A DNA stretch of 64,000 bases from Catajapyx aquilonaris. Lineage: Eukaryota. The stretch is from NCBI GenBank assembly GCA_000934665.2, contig JYFJ02000470.1, forward strand, positions 62,001 to 126,000, written 5' to 3'. Shown piece by piece: positions 39,901 to 52,401 of the stretch (the first letter of the stretch is position 1; every line of letters begins with the position of its first letter). Below the pieces are notes generated by a model. The model searched no databases. It saw only the letters and a program-made list of their open reading frames with translations, and had not been told where the DNA came from. Both the position numbers and the translations under genes were made by a program.

Positions 39901-42900
39901 TTGCATTGCAAAATATCAAGGAACAAGTGGGTACTTCATGGGATCTGCAGTATGCTATTCTTTCTCCCTCTTTGACTTTTCAATTTCCCTTCTCTTCTTT
40001 TCATTCAGGGTGAGAATGCAGTTTGTCTAGTTCAATAATTAGAAAGTGTAAATCCACTCCATTGCTTGATGATTCAAATCAAGACACTTACATTGAGAAG
40101 GGTACCATTTGTCAGTGCTTATTTTAATTGTGAAATATTCTGCAGCATCTGGTGTGGATCTTGGGCTTGAAGCCATCTACAGGAGGCAGCCTGAAGGCGA
40201 GCCGAACTACTGCAGATTCAAACGCAGTGATCACAAATGCAGTGATGGCTGACCTGCCTGTCCTCTCTGTGATGTTGAGTCGCCTATTTGAATCCAGCCA
40301 GTACCTGGACGATGTTGCATTGCACCATCTAATCGATGCACTTTGCAAACTTTCTCATGAGGCTATGGAAATGGCATATTCCAATAGGGTTTGTATTTAC
40401 CTTAGTCATTTGCATCTGGAATTCTCTTCCTAGAGCTTGTTTCTCAAAAATGAAATGCTTGGAGATGAGTGTCAGATTCATGAGATTTCCCATTTGGCAA
40501 TTGTAGAGCATGTAACGATGTGATAATAGTAGTAAGATTACCCCATTTCACAGGAGCCATCCCTCTTTGCTGTGGCCAAACTTCTGGAGACTGGATTGGT
40601 CAACTTACCCCGTGTTGAGGTGCTCTGGCGCCCTGTCACTAACCATCTGCTTGAAGTGTGCCAGCACCCACACATCCGCATGAGGGAGTGGGGAGTGGAA
40701 GCAATAACATATTTAGTCAAGGCAGCCCTCCAGCACAAGTATGACTCACCACTGAAGGACAACCAGAAACTTCAGACGCTGCTGCTCAGCCCTTTAGTGG
40801 AGCTGTCCTCCATCCCACACAATGATATACGGCAAAAGCAGCTTGAATGTGTGCTTCAGGTGCTACACAGTTCTGGAGAAACGCTGTCTCATGGGTGGCC
40901 TTTTGTGCTGAACATTGTTGGCGCCTTTTCTGACACTCAGGGGTAACCAGTTTTCCTTATAACAATTTAATGTTTGCGGGGAATATGCTAAAGAATAGTT
41001 TAAGGATTGATGGTATTGCAACTTGTAAAACTAATTGCTTATTTCTGATTTTCAGTGAGAACTTGATTCGACTGGCTTTCCAGTGCCTTCAGTTAGTGGT
41101 GACTGATTTCCTACCGGTGATGCCTTGGCATTGCCTTCCATTGTGTGTGGACACTGCTGCCAAGTTTGGGTCCCAGACCTTGGAAATGAACATATCCTTG
41201 ACTGCAGTAGGACTTGTGTGGAACATCTCTGATTACTTTTTCCAGAACCAAGAGAAACTGAAGCTGTCCTTGTCTGGGGACTATAAAGTGTTCCCTGACT
41301 TTCCAGGAATCCCAGATATGCCCCCTTTCGACAAGATGTGGATGTGTCTTTATGCTAGGCTAGGTGCGTGTGATCATGGGAATTAATTTATTGGAATGAT
41401 TTAACTCGACACTTTTGACAAGCAGCATGTTTTTGATGTTTCGTTATGACCAATAAGTTTCATTTTGCAGGAGACTTGTGCGTGGATTCAAGGCCAGCTG
41501 TAAGAAAATCAGCAGGACAAACTATGTTTTCAACCATAACAGCCCATGGGTCATTACTTCAACAAACAACATGGCAGGTGGTGTTGTGGCAAGTTTTGTT
41601 CCCACTCTTAGATAAAGTTCGCAGCTCTTCAGACACAGCTAGCAGCAAGAAGGTGGACACAGAGGGAAACTTGCTCATTCATCACTCCCGAAACACTGCT
41701 CAGAAGCAATGGGCGGAAACTCAAGTAAATAGCCACTTTTGAAAAATAATATTAGAAATAAAGTGCGAGGTGGTTAAGACACATTATAATATTCTTTCAG
41801 GTCTTGACTCTGTCAGGTGTGGCGAAGGTATTTAACACCAAAAGAAAATTGCTGGAAACACTGGGAGATTTTCCAAGAGCGTGGGCCCTCTTGTTGGAAT
41901 TTATAGAAAGTGCAGCTCTCAACAAAAACAATGAAGTATGTATTGGAGTAGGCTGCTTTGCTAGTTAATTTTGCATCTAATTAATTTACATCATGATATA
42001 ATCTGGAACAGAGAGGGAGAGAGAGAGAGAGAGAGAGAGAAGAATAAACAGGCAAGACCTAGCATTTCTGCCAATATGATTACAATATGATATGATTATT
42101 TACCCTATTAACCACGAAACTTGTTAATTTAAAAATTATACTCTACATGTAATGTTGGATGCTTCACAACAGAAATTGTCATGAACTTACTAGCAAACAG
42201 GCATTTCATTTTCATATGATAATCGATTAGCTGCTGTTATGGGATTTGTTATTAAAATTTCACTTTTCTTGTAGGTGTCACTGGCAGCATTAAAGGCATT
42301 TCAAGAAATACTGTACATGCATAAGGGCAGCTGTCCCGATCAAAATGGTCCTAACCAGTCTGACGCAAGTTGTGGTGACATTGAAGTAAGAGATGAAAGT
42401 GATGGAGTTTGTGTGTGGAATGTAGCATGGAAGGTTTGGTGCAATATTGGAATGGAGAGCACCCTTCCACCTGCAAAAGGTGTCAGGGTGGAAGAGCTAT
42501 ACATCCCATGCCAGCCCTTTCTCACAGCATTGGTGCAGATCTTTCCCAGTCTCTTTCAGCACATGCAAGAAAGGTTTGTCTTTGGCACCATTTGTAGGTC
42601 ATTGGGCACCATTTTTTAAAGGAGAAATTTTATGTGAAGTTGGCACTGTTTCAGATTTGTTGCTGCTGATCTGCAGAAACTTTGCACTATTTTCCAAAAT
42701 GCGATTGCAGTGCCAGTCCATGGAGAAGTGTCACCGTTCATCCTACCCACACTGACAGAAGTGGTCTTAACACCCCTCCAAGAACGTGTGCTGCTCTGCT
42801 TCGAAATTTTGCATAAGGTCAGACTCTCTGTTGTAACAGTTGTTATTTTACACTCAAGAGTATCTTTTTCTCAAGTAGGAAGCCTTGTCAGGCAACAAGA

Positions 42901-44722
42901 GCCTCCAGTCCATGGTTCCTGCCATTTTCAAGCAACTTCTGACCTTCAGTAAATATGCTTGCCAAGCACCAATGTATGGAGCATTAGAAACGAAGGTGTC
43001 ACCACAGGTTAGTGATTTTGTCTAACTGAATTTTTTACTGCAGGTTTAAGTAAACTCTAATGGATCTCCTTTCAGGCTGACTGGGTTACTCTGAGCTATG
43101 TCCCATTTGGAGAGAAGGCACTGAGCATGGTGGTGTTCCTGTACCAAAAGACTGCCAGCGATCCAAATGTCCTTCAGGCTTACATATTAGAGAACATCAT
43201 CAAGGTACTTTTCTCAGCACGACATTTGGAGTGTTACTTCACTGCTGTCACTTGTTTCTAGACCTTGAGAGTGCCACTAAGCCTGAAGTACAGCTGTTTG
43301 TCTCAGACAACATGGAAACTTGCCATTGAAAGTCTCTTAAAAGTGCTCCAAGTGGGGCTCCCTCTGTTTAGGCAGCAGCCGACACAGTTTAGAGGAGTCT
43401 GGTCTGAACTGTACCTCACTCTAGATGAGTTTCTCTTTTCCAAAAGGTACTGTATATTGCCTTTATGCTAAGCATGAAATCATTTTTGATATCGATGTCT
43501 TTTGCAGCATACCACCAAACACACAAACACCAGAAGAGAGCCAAGCAGATGAAGCTGTGGATTGCCAAGTGATAGAACTTTTGAGGGAAGATGTGTTGCC
43601 TTACTCAGCTACTCTTCCCAAGGAGTTTGTGCTCAAAGTAATGGTCTTGCTCAACAAGGGTTCCATCCATTCAGCCACTTCTACCATGCCATCAGGTGAG
43701 TTACAAGATCCTAATTGACCTCATAGGACTCAAGATGACGATGTCCCTCACTAGAGGGCGTTGGCGCATGCGGGCTATGGTTGATTGATTGATTGATTTA
43801 GTGATGGTTTTTTGGCACAACAGCAGGCTATGGACCTGGGGGAAGCTCTTGTCCAGTGAGTCATGATACAGTCTGGTTCCAGACTAGTTTAATAAATGGG
43901 TAGCTCCGTACTTATTGTAGTATTGGACCACGACCTGAGTTCCTTGCAGGGTAGGAGGGATGACCTGAGGAGGTCAACAACATTGAGATTGGAAATGGTT
44001 ATTTTCTACCATGAAAAATTGTGCTTAGTAAATAGTGACAAACATTTCTTAAGCTTCATTAAGATTTCATCTCCAGCCGATGGTGAGAACACCAAATTAC
44101 GAGAAGACTTCGCCAAGACTTGCTTTGAAACCCTTCTCCAATTTGCCTTGTGCAACCAAATGAGTGCTGGTGAGGCCTCCTTGATCAACTGTGGTGATGA
44201 GCTTGAGAAGGAAGAAGCAGGGTCCCTTTCTAACAAGCTAGCTGTGACCTCTCTATTGCAAAGATTCCAAGAAGTCTTGCAGAAGTATGTGGAGGATGAG
44301 AAACTGAGTGGAAAATGTCCCCTACCAAGGCACAGGTTGTCTGAAATTTCATTTGTGCTTAAGGCCATAGCAACATTGATTTCATCTCTCAAGAAAGCGC
44401 CTGAAAAAGGTAAATATTCTTGCACACTTGAGAATATTGTAGCTCAATGTAATTCATGTAGTTTCTTGGTGTCATTTAAAATGGACAATGCTGATATCAT
44501 TTAAGTACTTGAGCAGAAATATTTAAATATGTAGTGACTAATTATTTTCATATCTTTTTCTCAGTGGACCTGACGACATGGGAGCAGTTGATCAGCCTGT
44601 ACCCACACTTGGTGAACTGCACCACAGCCAATGCTGCTCAAGTGAATCGCTCCCTGAGGGAGGTTCTTCACGAGTACAAGGATCTTTTACAACCGCCAAA
44701 GTCTTGCAGCAACGGAGTTTGA
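36941..44722 (+). CDS. MON2: Protein MON2 homolog (about 20 coding exons; first 36941-37075, last 44565-44722)
   Basis: [173 protein letters not shown] introns. Confidence 0.97.
43781..43990 (-). mobile_element. Possible 3' remnant of a non-LTR retroelement in a MON2 intron
   Basis: (GATT)4 tract followed by TAGTGATGGTTTTTTGGCACAACAG, resembling the reverse of an (AATC)n-tailed LINE end; boundaries uncertain. Confidence 0.3.
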
Positions 44723-45872
44723 TGGGGGGGAATAAAGAGTCCTCTGTGAGGGAAAACCATAGTGACCCTGTACTGTGTATAGGTAAAAAACAATTTAGTG
44801 GGTAATATGCTATGATCAGAACTGTGCATTAGTCACAGTAGGCAATGAGGTAGTTATTTGTAACCTCATACCTTTGGTGTAAAATTCCATATGCATGGTC
44901 ATGCTGCGAGGTTTGATAACTGCCAATCACAAGTGCTGTAAGGCAGAAATTTGATGCCACTAGCATTTAAGTAGAAGTGGGCTGCAGGAAAACACGGCTT
45001 TAGAAGGGAGAAAAGACAGCTTGCTTCTTTTGTGATAATAACTGATATTTGGCTTACGTCACCAGACACTTGCTTGAAGCCAAAGTTGTGACTTTCAATT
45101 AGGCACTCCATCTCCTTCACATTATGAGTGTTAAATATTCTGGTCAAGTTTGACTTGACCTGAGGCCTTCAGGTTATTATATCTGGAAATTTATTTGCTT
45201 GCATATTTATATATATTGACAGACGATGCAAAATATCTTTATGCGGTTTGTGCGGATATTTTGCCAAGAACACTGATCATCACATCCCGGTTCTATATTA
45301 TATGCTGTATATGTAGTGAATAATTATGGACAAGACAGTATTGAGTACTTTTAGAAACTTAGTATTTTCTGCGCTTCAGTGAAATCAACAGTACATTATA
45401 GTTTAGCTCTCTGTTCTATCACGTCTACATCACATATAAGCTAATTGCGACTTTATGGCATGATACCTACGTGGTGTACCAATGTTATTAATACACTGCA
45501 ATAAATTTTGACACATTGGAGAATTCAATCTGCACAGGAATCTACACAATAAATGATAAAAGTTAATACTTCATGTTATGTACATAATGTCTCTAAATAA
45601 TAAAAATTATTGTATTTCTATTGCATATTTACATCTGTTTAATAATTATTTTGCTGTTGAATAAAGGGCCTAATGAAAAAGGAAACTTTTTCAATGTAAT
45701 GTCCAATGCAAGCAGCCTAGACATAGAAAAAGTGTTGTTTGAAAGTCTTGAATGGCTGGTAGCCTACTGTCCTAAATAGTAGTGGCAGACCTGCTTTGAA
45801 TCACTGCCTGGCATGTAAACAGACATTATTTCCAAGCCACCTTCATTGTGCATGTGCAGAGTAGAAGACAAT

Positions 45873-45977
45873 GGGTAGAATTTTCGTCCCACTCCTAGTT
45901 ACAACTTCGCAGTACCAGTGTTGGGGATGGTTACTGCTAAGTTAACAGTAACTAGCAGTGGGACGAAAATTCCACCC
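45873..45977. mobile_element. Small MITE, copy 2 (same family as 27477-27574)
   Basis: GGGTAGAATTTTCGTCCCACT ... AGTGGGACGAAAATTCCACCC with shared central CCAGTGTTGG. Confidence 0.85.
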
Positions 45978-46238
45978 ATTGCAATATTTACCTATACGCA
46001 GGGATGGGCAGTATTTAAATACAAATGTATTTATAACTACATTGATTTTCCTGTATTTAAATACTGTATTTCAATACATTTCTGAGTATTTAAATACAGA
46101 AGTATTTAAATACATATCGTAAATACTTTCCCTAATTCCCTTTTAATATTATTTGCATAATTCTTAATTCTGATTCCTATAATGAAATAAAAGCAGCTAA
46201 TTGGCAGCTTTTTCTCCAAGGCAGCTTGCAGCATGATA

Positions 46239-47484
46239 CGAGGCGCATCCAGAAAGTAAGTTCCGTTTTTTAAATTAGACAAATCCCAATGCACCCCCAG
46301 AATTTTTATTTTTACACATCTGAAATCGACAACTGTCTACATTTTTGCAAAATAGTTTCCAGCCAAATCGAGGCATTTTCATTGAGTTACACACGATTTT
46401 GTATGTCTTCTTCTTCTACCCTGTGATAGAGCCAGTGGTTTTTTTAGGGGAGGTGGGATACCACCATATTTTCGTAATTATTTTCGGATTTTATTCAACT
46501 CCGGTGCAGGGAAATCAAGGACATTGGGTAAGGGTAGGGATTTTTGGGGAGGGAACGTAGGTGCAGGTGCAATGTCTCAAGTTTGAGCCATGGGCATGTC
46601 CCCCAGGAGGTTAGGTTGCCAGACACCTTCAAGGTACAGGTCAGAGACCCTCCCGACGCAGGTGAAAGGAAACTCCCAGGCGGGGGTCGAACCTGGGACC
46701 TTTCACACAGCAAGCCATCTCTGCCACCGCACCTCCCCAATATTTTGTATGTTTATGTCATAGAAGTAATTTTCGCGACCCCTGAACGTTGGAATGCAAT
46801 TCCTCGTCATCGTCAACATTCTGCTTTGCAAGCCATTTCTTCCTGTCCATTTACAGGTGGTTATTATTGCTAGGCTCTAAATCCCGGGTGCAACCTTGCC
46901 CGGGTGATCTAACAATTCACATTTGAATATATTGTTGGGCATGGTTCCAGTATACGCAAGGCACTAGGCAGACAGGCACTGTCGCGCAAGAAAACACCAC
47001 GAAACTCAACGCTACGTTTGATCAATCCAAAAGGGGTACAGAAGATAAGGATGGCCATTAATAAGGAACGTATCGGTATAATATTGCCGACAGACCCTCG
47101 GACAATGCCCGTCTGCCTACTGTCTTTACGTGCTGGAACCCTGCTGCAACAATTCAAGTGAGAATTGTTTGATCACTTGTGATTTGGAGCCTAGCGATTA
47201 CTACCTGTCCATTGACAGAAAGAAATGGCTTGCAAAGCATAATGTTGACAATGAAGAAGAATTGCAATCCAGCGTTCAGGGGTCGCGGAAATAGCTTGCG
47301 GCAGACTTCTATGACATAGGCATACAAAATCGTGTGTAACTCAATGAAAAATGCCTCGATTTGGCTGGAAACTAATTTTGAAAAAAGTAGACAGTTGCCT
47401 ATTTCAGATGTGTAAATAAAAATTCTGGGGTGCATTGTGGTTTTTCTAATTAAAAAATGGACCTTACTTTCTGGATGCGCCTCG
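46239..47484. mobile_element. Palindromic mariner derivative
   Basis: TA|CGAGGCGCATCCAGAAAGTAAG ... CTTACTTTCTGGATGCGCCTCG|TA; right arm translates to a decayed mariner C-terminus (DLEPSDYYL...KKWL...NEEELQSSV...ADFYDIGI...EKCLDLAGN*FEK); the left arm is its reverse complement. Confidence 0.92.
46407..46741 (-). mobile_element. tRNA-derived SINE inserted in the left arm of the mariner derivative
   Basis: 11-bp TSD ATTTTGTATGT (46396-46406, 46742-46752); minus-strand A box TGGCAGAGATGG (46726-46715), B box GGTTCGACCC (46693-46684), (GAA)n tail. Confidence 0.88.
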
Positions 47485-48164
47485 TAATAATAGAAATATG
47501 CTATGTTTTCATTTTTTATCCAAATAATGATGGCAAGAAATAGTTCACATTAACAAAAAATGTATTTGAAATGTATTTACGAAAGTATTTAAATACTTTT
47601 GATGTATTTAGTATTTAGTATCTAATTACTTTCTTGTGTAGTATTTAGTATTTAGCATTTAATTACATTTTTTTGCAGTAGTTAGTATTAAGTATTTAAT
47701 TACATTCAAGTATTTAGTGCCCATCCCTGCCTATACGTATCTTCCAGTGGGAAATAATTCGCACTTACGCAATGAGACGAAAAAAACCATCAACTGCCAA
47801 TCTTCGCGCCATTTCGAAAGTGGCGCCACCATTGCTGCCAACAGTACAATGCACCCAACAATCTTCTGTACTTTTTTTAAAAACCCCACAAAAACCTGTT
47901 ACTTTTAGCACGTGCTAGAATTGAACGGCCAGGTAATCCTCTTCTGCAAAAATCCGCAGATATTTTCGCGTGTCAATTCGGCAGGAAGTGACGTCCGGCA
48001 GTGTAGTGGTGAGGACGGAAGGAGAGAGCGACGTGCTTCCTGTTGTGTGAGACACTACCACTTCTTCACACTTCTTGCAAACTACACCGCCACACTATTT
48101 CCTCCCTGCCCACACACACACACCTGCCCGACGAAGCATTTGTCCAGCGCACTCCAGAGTGGAA

Positions 48165-50140
48165 ATGGGCACCGAGCAGACCAAGAAGGTAAAGGAAATA
48201 TGGTCTCTCCCTCCCCCCACACCCCTCACCCACCATTGTTGCGTCCATCAATATTTTGCTGCATTGACCATGAGGGACAAAGTTATAAGGAAAAGCTGGG
48301 GACTCAAGGTCGAGAACAATGGACATGGCCATTGGAGCAGATAGTGATGATCGCATTGTCATGTTCATGGTGCAGGTGGACACTAGTATCATGTCCAATG
48401 AATGGTTGTGGTGCGTTGGCCATGCTCATTACTTATGTTGCGGGCAGTGTCAATCAATGACATGCTCTCGAGTCGAGAGGCTGGTGCAGAGTATGACCCT
48501 TTTCATACATAATTATACGTATTAGTACATATTGTTTATAGCCAAATGACTACATTATGCGACAGTCGCAGTGCTCTCAGTAGGCAAAAAAAAAAATGGG
48601 AATTATACGTATTAGTACATATTGTTTATAGCCAAATGACTCCATTATGCGACAGTCGCAGTGCTCTCAGTAGGCAAAAAAAAAAGGGAAATTTCACCCC
48701 ATTGTTGGCGACAATAACCAAGGATAAATGCGCCATTTTTTATATTGCGAACTGTGCGCAGGGATCATGTTACGTAACACAAAGAGGTTTAATCATAATG
48801 AGTATGCACATTCAGCTCTTAAACGATGCCAACACCTTGGAACCACACAATGAGTTGCGATACGTAGTAGTGCGTTTGATTATTTTGTTGCTATTTTTGT
48901 CTAATGTGTGTGACTCTTTTCAGGTTCAAGAGTATAAGGAGAAAGTAAAGAAACAGGTACTGTGTACATTTTATCCACCCTACTGTAGCAAATGACCTCT
49001 AGGTTTCGCAACTGATGCTATTTTTTACTCACAGTTTATTGCACTGCGACATGTGTTTGCTAAGAGTGTTTGGAAAATTGGCATGCATAGCTGCTTCATT
49101 TCTTCCCTTGCTCTCCTGTGTAGAGGCAGAAGTCATGGCCCCCCTCTCTTCTTCCTTTTTTGAACAGGCAGAAGACTTGGTCCTCAAGACATTCCCTCAG
49201 AAGATACTTGACCTGAACACCTTGCTGGAGACTGAGCAATTCAACAGGGCGGAACTTTCCACAATTCACCAGTCACTGAACATACCCATTCCTGATCCAG
49301 TTGTGTTCAACAGGTTAGTAATTGAAATTAAGAAATTACGCAAGTGAAATTAGCATGTACGCTTCAACACAATGGTGTTATTCGCATGAATGTATACATA
49401 CAGTGAATTGAATGTGCTTGACCTGACTAATTGTTTTTTTTTACCCGTTTATCTTGCAGCCATGATGACCAACCTACACCCAAGAAGCGGAAGGTGACAA
49501 ACTGTGATGATGTCACTGGTACGAAAGTAATGGCCCTACTGTCTGGAGGAGTTGGGTGCAACAAGAAGATCTCCGACTTGCTTCTGCTGGTCAAGCCTTA
49601 CATACGACAGCTGGTTGAGGACACTAATGTGGTTAGAAAACAGTTTTCTTTGTTGGCCAAGTAACATGCCAATACCATCTTTTACGTGGATCGTATGTCT
49701 TCACAGCTCAAGATGTGGGTGTCTTACCTCATTCCCAAAATTGAAGACGGCAACAACTTTGGAGTATCAATCCAAGAGGACACCCTGGCGGAAATCCGCA
49801 CTGTGGAAGCTGAAGCTGCAGCCTTCTTTGATCAGATCTCTCGGTACTTCATTACTCGTGGGAAGATCATTTCTAAGGTAGTTTTCCACCAAGTGGTAAC
49901 AGCCAGTTTCTAATTTACATGTCTCTTTAATTTTGTTGTTTTTCTTGCCAGGTGGCCAAGTACCCTCACATTGATGATTACCGCAGGACTGTTGAAGAGC
50001 TGGATGAGAAGGAGTACATGAGTTTGAAACTAGTTGTGTGCGAGATTCGCAATCACTACTCAACTTTGCACGACATAATCACCAAAAACCTCGAGAAGAT
50101 CAAGCGGCCTCGCTCGTCCAATACTGAAAATCTCTACTGA
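48165..50140 (+). CDS. PSME3: Proteasome activator complex subunit 3 (PA28gamma/REG) (exons 48165-48188, 48924-48956, 49168-49313, 49460-49631, 49707-49877, 49952-50140)
   Basis: AEDLVLKTFPQKI, LNIPIPDP, NLS PKKRK, LKMWVSYLIPKIEDGNNFGVSIQEDTLAE, KYPHIDDYRR, C-terminal EKIKRPRSSNTENLY. Confidence 0.97.
48511..48690. repeat. Direct tandem duplication, 2 x 90 bp, in PSME3 intron 1
   Basis: AATTATACGTATTAGTACATATTG...TAGGC(A)n(T)GGG occurs at 48511 and 48601; one substitution (48552 A vs 48642 C) plus differences at the poly-A end. Confidence 0.95.
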
Positions 50141-50898
50141 ACACACCCCATTTAAACTTATTATTTTGTCTGGTCGTCTCCCATCTTCCCACAAAAACAC
50201 CACATGAACTTATTGTTTGTTTTTTCTCCCGCCGCAAGTTTCTGAAATGCTGAAATGAATGTTTGCATAATATGTTTAATTTATGAAGATTCTTTTTTTT
50301 GGTATTTGATTAGTTTGACATTCATCGGTTCTGATCACCTATAAATCCAACAGGACAGTTACTGAAACTGATGTGATCCCAAGGAATGATGAACAAGGAT
50401 GGGAAACATTGACTGAGTTGTTTTTTAAAAGCCACCATTTAATTACTGTAATATTAACTGTGCAGACTGCCAATTTTTGTGTTTGGTGTCTGTATAATAA
50501 TCATTTGTGTGATAAACCGCAAGGATTCCAAGGAGACCCCCCTGCTATGACAAATGCACTTCCCAAAAGTGACTCGTCCCTTCTATGTTGAAAACAAAAA
50601 TATTTGTGACTATTTCCGTTGTAACAATGATGCATTTTGTCCCTTTATTGATGCAGGTTCAAGTCCACTCTTTTGTGTTGTTGTTTTTCTAGACGTGTAT
50701 GCAGGAAAGTGTGGAAGTGAAGCTCACGAAGTAAAATGTGTTTAGAGAATTTGCATGTTGTTTTTTTTAATATACTTGGCTCCTACTAGGGTGTTTTTCA
50801 TGCAAATGAAAAATGGTGTGTCGTATCGATCGGGTACTACCCGTATCTCTGTGCGATACCTGAGTTGACTATTTCCAATCGCTGGAGGAGTAAGCAAG

Positions 50899-52401
50899 AT
50901 GGCGGATTCTGAGCGGACGACGATGTCTGCGTCGTCGTCGTCGTCTTCGTCGTCTCAGGAGCCCACGACGACGGGCGACGCTGGTTGCCAGCAGCAGCAG
51001 CAGCAGGGGCAGACCCCGCTGCGATCCCTGCACATGGCCACTGAGGAATCCAACAAGGCCCCTCCACTGCGGGACAGGACGTACACCATGGACATGGAGG
51101 ATGACAGGGTAATAATTGCATTTGCGCACAATATGCCGAGTGATTGCCATCGAAAGGGGACCTTTAATACCGGCTTGAAATTGGAAGCCTAACTATAATA
51201 AAAATAACTAGTGAAAATAACCACAATAAAAATAACCAGTGAAAATAACCGTAATAAAAATAATTAGTGAAAACAGGTGAAAATAACTAGCCTATAATAA
51301 CATTACTGCTGAAATAACTAATAAAAATGACTACAAGAAAATAACTATAATAAAAGTAACCTTTTTTTTCTAGATGCAAGTGATGACTGGCTCCTATTCA
51401 GAAATTTTTGAGTCGGACTCCTCTTCATCACACAATCCTTTTCTGCCGTGTGATGCATGCCATATCCCAGGACCAAAGAAGACTACAGCGGGCATTAAAG
51501 GGCAGGTGTCCAAAAGACCGGACACGCTCCCCTTGGATGAGGAATCGGAGGAGTCGCGGATCCATCGCTCTTTCGGGGCGTTGGGATTAGAAGGGACGGT
51601 CTCGCAAGAGGGGGATATGGTTGTGTTTGTGGCGGAGGATTTGGAGAATAAGATCCGACTGTCCAGTCCAGATTCGTCGACTGCTGGAAAAGCAGTTCTT
51701 GGATCAGGAGTGAAGACGAGCTCAACAGCCAGTCTGTACAGACAGGCCTTGCAGCCCAGCCTGCCCTCACTTGATCCAAATGTGCTCAATGATCTGGAAA
51801 TGGAGGCCAGGAGGGTAGCAACCTCGGTGGACACGCTTATTGAAAACCTGTCTGGAATACTGCATAGCGTGAGTTGAGAGTTGGAAAGCACAAAGAACAA
51901 GTGTTTCTTGTGGTGGGGGTTTATTGCTCATAATTCTGATGTATTTTCAGGTGTCAGCATTGACAGTGGATTGCTTGGAAGCATACCGTGATGCAGTTTG
52001 CAAGACATGTGACTCGGTTGACTCAAACATTAAAGCCATGTACCAACTGATGGCCAAATGTGAAGAGCTGAGCAAGACTATGAAACCTGTCTACAAGGTC
52101 TCGGAACAAATGTATCCTTTTCTAAAGCCTGATTTTGAAAGAGTGTATTATTAGTGTTAGTTTTTTGGCTTGTTTTTGGCAAACATGCAGCAGGCATCAT
52201 GATTCTGGTAATATATGGCAGTTATTCTAGATTTATCATTATGAATCGAAATTTTAAAATGGTTTTCATAAGATGGTTATAAAACGCTGAGGATGAATAT
52301 ATATTTAAAGTTATGACATTTGGTTCCAGTAATATTTGTTCCTTAATTTTCTTCCCAGAAAAGAAATCAAGAGGCTTCTGGATCTTCTAGAAAATATGTG
52401 A
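50899..52401 (+). CDS. BORCS6: BLOC-1-related complex subunit 6 (lyspersin/C17orf59-like) (exons 50899-51108, 51374-51868, 51951-52111, 52359-52401)
   Basis: Low-complexity N-terminus, FVAEDLENKIRLS, and C-terminal helical domain LNDLEMEARRVATSVD...SALTVDCLEAYRDAVCKTCDSVDSNIKAMYQLMAKCEEL...QIKEIKRLLDLLE. Confidence 0.88.
51191..51360. repeat. AT-rich degenerate minisatellite (AAAATAACY units) in BORCS6 intron 1
   Basis: Repeated AAAATAACTA / GTGAAAATAACC motifs. Confidence 0.8.
52112..52358 (+). other. U12-type (minor spliceosome) GT-AG intron
   Basis: 5' site GTATCCTTTT; branch site TTCCTTAAT at 52339-52347, about 12 nt before the AG at 52357-52358; removal restores the frame (EQI-KEIKRLL). 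Confidence 0.9.

Larger units (their letters stand above)
45999..47729. mobile_element. Non-autonomous hAT-type element (host of nested insertions)
   Basis: 8-bp TSD CCTATACG at 45991-45998 and 47730-47737; TIRs CAGGGATGGGCA / TGCCCATCCCTG; subterminal GTATTT/AAATAC repeats at both ends. Confidence 0.92.

Noticed and set aside
51394..51900. Long antisense ORFs (also 44006-44425, 57395-58027)
   Set aside because: Shadow ORFs opposite well-supported coding exons.
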